DNA of 10,836 nt from an uncultured Hyphomicrobiales bacterium (GTDB lineage Bacteria; Pseudomonadota; Alphaproteobacteria; Rhizobiales; CAZGNQ01), in contig CAZGNQ010000105.1 of assembly GCA_964527285.1 (NCBI GenBank), positions 1-10,836 of the forward strand, read 5' to 3'. Each line of letters starts with the position of its first letter. Position 1 is the stretch's first letter. Under the pieces are notes generated by a model that worked only from the letters and a program-made list of their open reading frames with translations, had not been told where the DNA came from and did no database searches. Both the position numbers and the translations under genes were made by a program. Positions 7,427 through 10,836 of the stretch are shown piece by piece.

Positions 7427-7498
7427 CGTGTGAGGTTGGAATCGAACCAACAACAGACACCTTAACAGGGTGTTGCTCTACCTTTGAGCTACTCCAAG
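7427..7498 (-). pseudogene. tRNA-Asn(GUU)-like sequence with an intact D-arm, anticodon arm (ACACC-CTGTTAA-GGTGT) and T-arm (GTTGG-TTCGATT-CCAAC), but a non-pairing acceptor stem (5' CTTGGAG vs 3' CTCACAC); probable tRNA pseudogene or tRNA-derived remnant
   Basis: I folded it by hand on the minus strand: D-arm TA-GCTC-AAAGGTA-GAGC and anticodon GTT. Only 4 of 7 acceptor pairs are possible. Its 5' end abuts the neighbouring tRNA-like gene with a 1-nt gap. Confidence 0.45.
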
Positions 7499-7499
7499 G

Positions 7500-7572
7500 A
7501 GGGCCGAGCAGGTATCGAACCTGCGACCTCCCGCCCAAAAGGGCGGGCGCTCTGCCACTGAGCTATCGGTCC
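7500..7572 (-). tRNA. tRNA-like gene with a canonical D-arm (TAGCTCAGTGGCAGAGC), T-arm (GCAGG-TTCGATA-CCTGC) and a 7-bp acceptor with one A3:C70 mismatch, but an 18-nt anticodon arm (CCCGC-CCTTTTGG-GCGGG; alternatively a 7-bp stem CCCGCCC/GGGCGGG closed by TTTT); identity unassignable; no encoded CCA
   Basis: I folded it by hand on the minus strand. Every element fits a tRNA except the anticodon arm, which is 1 nt longer than canonical (an 8-nt loop or a 4-nt loop). The T-arm and variable loop (AGGTC) resemble Lys/Pro/Ala-type tRNAs. Confidence 0.5.
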
Positions 7573-7769
7573 ATGCGCGCAAACGCGGAACACCAGGACG
7601 GCATGGCCGCCGGCGCCAGGCGGGTCTCAGCGAGCCCGTCCCCATGGCAATCTACACGCAGGCGTCGAGTGTAAGGGCCAGGGGTGAATGCAGCGTGAAA
7701 TCCGCCAGAGGATGCGCCGTTCCCGGCGGGAGCGCGTTGCGCGTCGAGGCGCAATGCGGAAAGGCAGGC

Positions 7770-8939
7770 ATGGAGAGCGAAGCGGAACAAGAGCCGGTTG
7801 CCGACGCACTGGACATTTTTCTCGCCGCGCTACCAGGCCTGGAGGACGTTCTGGCCGCGGAGGCGCGCGCGCTCGGCTTCGATGACGTGTCACCAACCGC
7901 GGGCGGTGTCACGCTGCGAGGCGACTGGGCTGGCGTGTGGCGGGCCAATCTCAGCCTGCGCTGTGCGACGCGGGTGCTCGTGCGGGTGGGCCGCTTCCGT
8001 GTTGTACACCTGGCCCAACTTGACAAGCGGGCGCGGGCGCTCCCGTGGTCTTTTTTCCTCCGTTCGGACGTGCCGGTTCGCGTCGATGCAACGACCCGGC
8101 GCTCACGCATCTACCATGCAGGCGCTGCGACGGAGCGTGTGGCCACGGCGATCACGGCAAGCGTCGGCTGCGAGATCCGGCCTGCTGCGCCGGTGAAGAT
8201 CCTGGTGCGCGTGGAGGATAACATCTGCACCGTCAGCGTTGACACATCCGGCGAGCTTTTGTTCCGCCGCGGCTTCAAGCAGGCGGTCGGCAAGGCGCCC
8301 TTGCGTGAGACCATGGCCGCAGCCTTCCTGCGCGCCTGCGCCCACACGGACGCAGAACCCGTGGTCGATCCCATGTGCGGCTCTGGCACGATTGTCATCG
8401 AGGCAGCGGAAATGGCGGCAGGGCTGTTGCCGGGCCGCGCGCGCGGGTTCGCGTTTGAGCACCTTGCAGGATTTGAGCATCAGGCCTGGGAGAGCCTGCG
8501 TCACGCGGAGGATGAAAAATCGCGAGCGACCGCACACGGTGGGGACCCAATCGCTTTCGGTTCCGACCGTGATGCTGGGGCCGTCGCCATGGCCTTTGCG
8601 AACGCTGAGCGGGCGGGCGTGACGGCACTGACAGACTTTGCCCACCTGCCCGTCAAGGATCTGACGCCACCATCATTGCCCAACGGGTCGACCGATGGCG
8701 GCCTTGTGCTCGTCAACCCGCCTTACGGGGCACGCATTGGCGAAGTCAGCGCGCTGTCCGGGCTCTATCACACTCTTGGCAAGGTGATGCTTGAACGTTT
8801 CGCCGGCTGGCGGGTCGGCCTCATCACCAGTGAGCCGCGTCTGGCGCGTGCCACCCGGTTGCCCTTCGGCCCGCCCGGCCCGCCCGTGCCCCACGGCCCC
8901 CTGCGCGTCCGCCTCTATCAGACGGAGCGACTGGGGTGA
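7770..8939 (+). CDS. THUMP-domain class I SAM-dependent RNA methyltransferase (COG0116, RlmL/m2G-type N-methyltransferase), ~389 aa
   Basis: Motif I is VDPMCGSGTIVIEAA and motif IV is the NPPYG tetrad (LVLVNPPYGARIG). An N-terminal THUMP-like region is present. The start ATG 7770 is preferred over the ORF-track 7644 because GAAAGG lies 7 nt upstream and the protein length matches the family. Confidence 0.75.
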   Translation: MESEAEQEPVADALDIFLAALPGLEDVLAAEARALGFDDVSPTAGGVTLRGDWAGVWRANLSLRCATRVLVRVGRFRVVHLAQLDKRARALPWSFFLRSDVPVRVDATTRRSRIYHAGAATERVATAITASVGCEIRPAAPVKILVRVEDNICTVSVDTSGELLFRRGFKQAVGKAPLRETMAAAFLRACAHTDAEPVVDPMCGSGTIVIEAAEMAAGLLPGRARGFAFEHLAGFEHQAWESLRHAEDEKSRATAHGGDPIAFGSDRDAGAVAMAFANAERAGVTALTDFAHLPVKDLTPPSLPNGSTDGGLVLVNPPYGARIGEVSALSGLYHTLGKVMLERFAGWRVGLITSEPRLARATRLPFGPPGPPVPHGPLRVRLYQTERLG

Positions 8940-8954
8940 AAAAGTGTGCGGCCC

Positions 8955-8964
8955 GGATGCATCC
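8955..8964. promoter_or_regulatory. Perfect 10-bp palindrome GGATGCATCC in the 86-bp region upstream of the DUF2703-like/ECF operon, with CGTC 15 nt downstream (8980-8983); candidate operator or ECF-type promoter element
   Basis: Seen directly in the sequence. A strong AGGAGG SD lies at 9014-9019. Confidence 0.25.
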
Positions 8965-9025
8965 TTTCGCCCACCGCGACGTCAAGGGTGAGGCAAGCAG
9001 GCAGGAAGGACCAGGAGGGACCGCC

Positions 9026-9766
9026 GTGAACACACCGACCGCAAAGACGCCAACGACGAGCGTCAACATCGCCAATGCAGGCCAACACCAACCGGAGGCC
9101 GGGATCGGCACCGCCACACGGGCGGTGGACGCAGCGGACAACAGGGCGGTGTTGGAAATTGATTATCTTTATCTCGACCTTGCTCAATGCACGCGGTGCC
9201 AACGCACGCGCGAGGTCTTGCACCGCGCCGTTGAGGCTTGCCGCCCTGCGCTCGACGCCCTCGGATTGTCCGCCGTGGTGCGCGAGACACACGTGACGTC
9301 GCGGGAGATGGCGCAGGCTCATGCGTTCCGTGTGTCGCCGACGATCCTGATCGACGGGCGCGATGTGCAACCTGAAGCGTCTCACGATCTTTGCGCGGAA
9401 TGCGGGGATCTGTGCCAGTGCGCCGATGGGGTGGAGTGCCGTGTCTGGGTCTGGAACGGCGAGCGTCAACTCTGGCCGCACGCTGCGTTCTTGATCGACG
9501 CCATCGTCACCGCGGCGACGCGGCACCGCGCAGGGGGCAACGGTGATGATCAGGATACGTTGCCGCGTGCCACTGGAACCGGCCGGGAGGTCGTGGAGAA
9601 AAACCCTGGCGGCCCGGCCTTGCCTGCCGCGCCGGCTGAGCGGTACTTTCCCGCATCGTGCGCTCCAGGCGATGGGCCAGCACAGGGCGACGCCCGCGAC
9701 AACGCAACGCGCAGCGGACATGGCAGCGAAGCGAACGCCTGCTGCCCGCCGTCGTGCTGCCCATGA
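9026..9766 (+). CDS. DUF2703-like thioredoxin-fold protein with Cys clusters (CxRC, CAECGDLCQC, VECRVW) plus a disordered Pro/Gly-rich tail ending ACCPPSCCP; ~246 aa; putative metal-binding protein
   Basis: The core LEIDYLYLDLAQCTRCQRT...SPTILIDGRDV...CAECGDLCQCADGVECRVWVWNG matches my recollection of the DUF2703 (PF10865) pattern. GTG 9026 is preceded by AGGAGG-N6, which is far better than the GTG 8936 or ATG 8957 starts. The stop overlaps the next gene's ATG (ATGA at 9763-9766). Confidence 0.6.
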   Translation: MNTPTAKTPTTSVNIANAGQHQPEAGIGTATRAVDAADNRAVLEIDYLYLDLAQCTRCQRTREVLHRAVEACRPALDALGLSAVVRETHVTSREMAQAHAFRVSPTILIDGRDVQPEASHDLCAECGDLCQCADGVECRVWVWNGERQLWPHAAFLIDAIVTAATRHRAGGNGDDQDTLPRATGTGREVVEKNPGGPALPAAPAERYFPASCAPGDGPAQGDARDNATRSGHGSEANACCPPSCCP

Positions 9767-10383
9767 GGCGGGGGCCTGACGATCCATGTCCGCAGGGACG
9801 TGATGACGTGCCCATCACACCGGCGCGGTGGGGCGTTGCTGTGCTGCGCGCGCGCCGGGCCATCATGGCGAGCGGCGTGGCGCCGGCTGACGTTGATGAC
9901 GTCTTGCACGCTGGCGTTGAAAAAGCGCTGCGCGCGCTGCCTGGCTTGCGCGACCACACGCGCTTTGAAGCCTGGGTGGCGCGCATCGCAACGCGGTGTG
10001 CCATCGATCATCTGCGTGCAGCCGGCCGCGCGCAGGCCCGTCTCAGCGATCATGATGTCGAAGCCCTCGCGCACGAGGACAGTCTCACCGAGCGTTCCGA
10101 CGCATCTGGCCTGACGTCCTACAGCCCGTGCGTGGCGCCCTTCCTGGCACGCCTCGCGGCGCCAGACGCTGAGGTCCTGCGCTTGAAGGACGTTGAAGGG
10201 CGGCCGTCCGTTCAGGTGGCGGCACTGCTGGGCATCTCACTGCCGGCCGCAAAGTCGCGCATTCTGCGGGCGCGGCGTCGGCTTGCGCGGGCGCTTGTGG
10301 CCTGCTGCGGTGAGCTGGCAGAGCGTCCCATCGCCTCGCGCGCGGTTGAAGACTGTGGGCCGCGTTGCTGCCTCAACGATTGA
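9763..10383 (+). CDS. ECF (group IV) RNA polymerase sigma factor with a Cys-rich C-terminal extension (..ACCGELAERPIASRAVEDCGPRCCLND), ~206 aa; CorE-like (ECF44-type) metal-sensing candidate
   Basis: Sigma-2 region: DVLHAGVEKALRALPGLRDHTRFEAWVARIATRCAIDHLR. Sigma-4 region: VLRLKDVEGRPSVQVAALLGISLPAAKSRILRARRRLARAL. There are 5 Cys in the last 30 aa. The start ATG 9763 overlaps the upstream stop (ATGA). No anti-sigma gene follows; a convergent gene does. Confidence 0.85.
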   Translation: MRRGPDDPCPQGRDDVPITPARWGVAVLRARRAIMASGVAPADVDDVLHAGVEKALRALPGLRDHTRFEAWVARIATRCAIDHLRAAGRAQARLSDHDVEALAHEDSLTERSDASGLTSYSPCVAPFLARLAAPDAEVLRLKDVEGRPSVQVAALLGISLPAAKSRILRARRRLARALVACCGELAERPIASRAVEDCGPRCCLND

Positions 10384-10836
10384 GAACGCGGCCCGCCACA
10401 GCGTCGAGCTTGGCCACCAGGTCTGGATCCCGCGCATCGGGGCCCGTGATGATCGCATACTCAAGCGCGCGGTCTGAGCCGTTGGGACAAGCCTCATGCA
10501 GGGAGGGGAAATCCCCTGCCAGCCGCGCCACAAGCCGGCGGGCCTTGTCCGCATTGTCTGTCATCACCTTGATGATGGCGGTGATGTCGACATCCTGGTG
10601 GTCGTCGTGCCAGCAGTCATAGTCGGTGACCATGGCGACCGTGGCGTAACAAATCTCCGCCTCGCGGGCGAGTTTGGCCTCGGGCATGTTCGTCATGCCG
10701 ATCACCGCGCAGTCCCACGAGCGGTAGAGATTGCTTTCGGCACGGGTGGAGAATTGCGGTCCCTCCATGGCCAGGTAGGTGCCGCCGACCACATGGTCGA
10801 TGTCCTCCGCCTTGGCCGCGTCGCTCACGCGGGCCA
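10373..10836 (-). CDS. mtnP: S-methyl-5'-thioadenosine phosphorylase (MTAP / PNP family), C-terminal ~155 aa; the gene continues beyond the window end
   Basis: ...GTYLAMEGPQFSTRAESNLYRSWDCAVIGMTNMPEAKLAREAEICYATVAMVTDYDCWH... matches the MTAP core (compare human MTAP [31 protein letters not shown]). The M at 10828 is internal and the reading frame is open to the window edge. Its 3' end overlaps the sigma-factor stop by 11 bp. Confidence 0.85.
   Translation of the reverse strand, partial: ARVSDAAKAEDIDHVVGGTYLAMEGPQFSTRAESNLYRSWDCAVIGMTNMPEAKLAREAEICYATVAMVTDYDCWHDDHQDVDITAIIKVMTDNADKARRLVARLAGDFPSLHEACPNGSDRALEYAIITGPDARDPDLVAKLDAVAGRVLNR

Noticed and set aside
7044-7465. Overlapping + ORFs (129 and 122 aa) and minus ORFs (6930-7361, 6970-7260, 7070-7333) in the GC-rich spacer
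   Set aside because: They have extreme Arg/Pro/Gly composition, no SD and mutually overlapping frames. I treat the spacer as non-coding.
7644-7769. Upstream extension of the THUMP methyltransferase ORF (ORF-track start 7644)
   Set aside because: ATG 7770 has a GAAAGG SD and gives a family-typical length and N-terminus. The extension is low-complexity and overlaps the divergent tRNA promoter region.
8936-9025. GTG 8936 (GTGA overlap with the upstream stop) or ATG 8957 as start of the DUF2703-like gene
   Set aside because: Neither has an SD. GTG 9026 is preceded by AGGAGG at ideal spacing. The 30 extra residues are not part of the conserved core.
9658-9762. ORF-track start 9658 for the ECF sigma factor
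   Set aside because: It would overlap the upstream gene by about 100 nt with an Arg-rich non-sigma sequence. ATG 9763 forms an ATGA coupling junction and precedes region 2 by the expected distance.
1-10836. Mobile elements, CRISPR arrays and integrase/transposase genes
   Set aside because: There are no transposase or integrase-like ORFs, no terminal inverted repeats flanking a unit, and no regularly spaced direct repeats. Only the aberrant tRNA pair hints at past mobile-element activity.

Overview
This is a high-GC (about 65%) bacterial chromosomal segment with alphaproteobacterial-style gene content. It is mostly housekeeping: hisZ-hisG (translationally coupled), a standalone ParB-like nuclease-domain gene, an ArsR-HTH/SAM-methyltransferase-fold regulator (SahR-type) immediately upstream of metF, a convergent minus-strand SPFH/band-7 gene, a divergent THUMP-domain RNA methyltransferase, and the 3' part of an MTA phosphorylase gene (mtnP) running off the window end. 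Two regions stand out. (1) At 7427-7572 two tRNA-like sequences abut head-to-tail on the minus strand and neither is canonical. One has an 18-nt anticodon arm and an A:C acceptor mismatch. The other is a clear tRNA-Asn(GUU) body whose acceptor halves cannot pair. They sit next to a roughly 450-bp GC-rich non-coding tract. (2) At 9026-10383 a two-gene module is translationally coupled by an ATGA overlap. It encodes a DUF2703-like thioredoxin-fold protein carrying multiple Cys clusters and a CCPPSCCP tail, followed by an ECF sigma factor with a Cys-rich C-terminal extension (CorE-like). No anti-sigma gene is present. This looks like a candidate metal/redox-sensing regulatory system that has not been characterised. 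I found no transposases, CRISPR arrays, or riboswitches.
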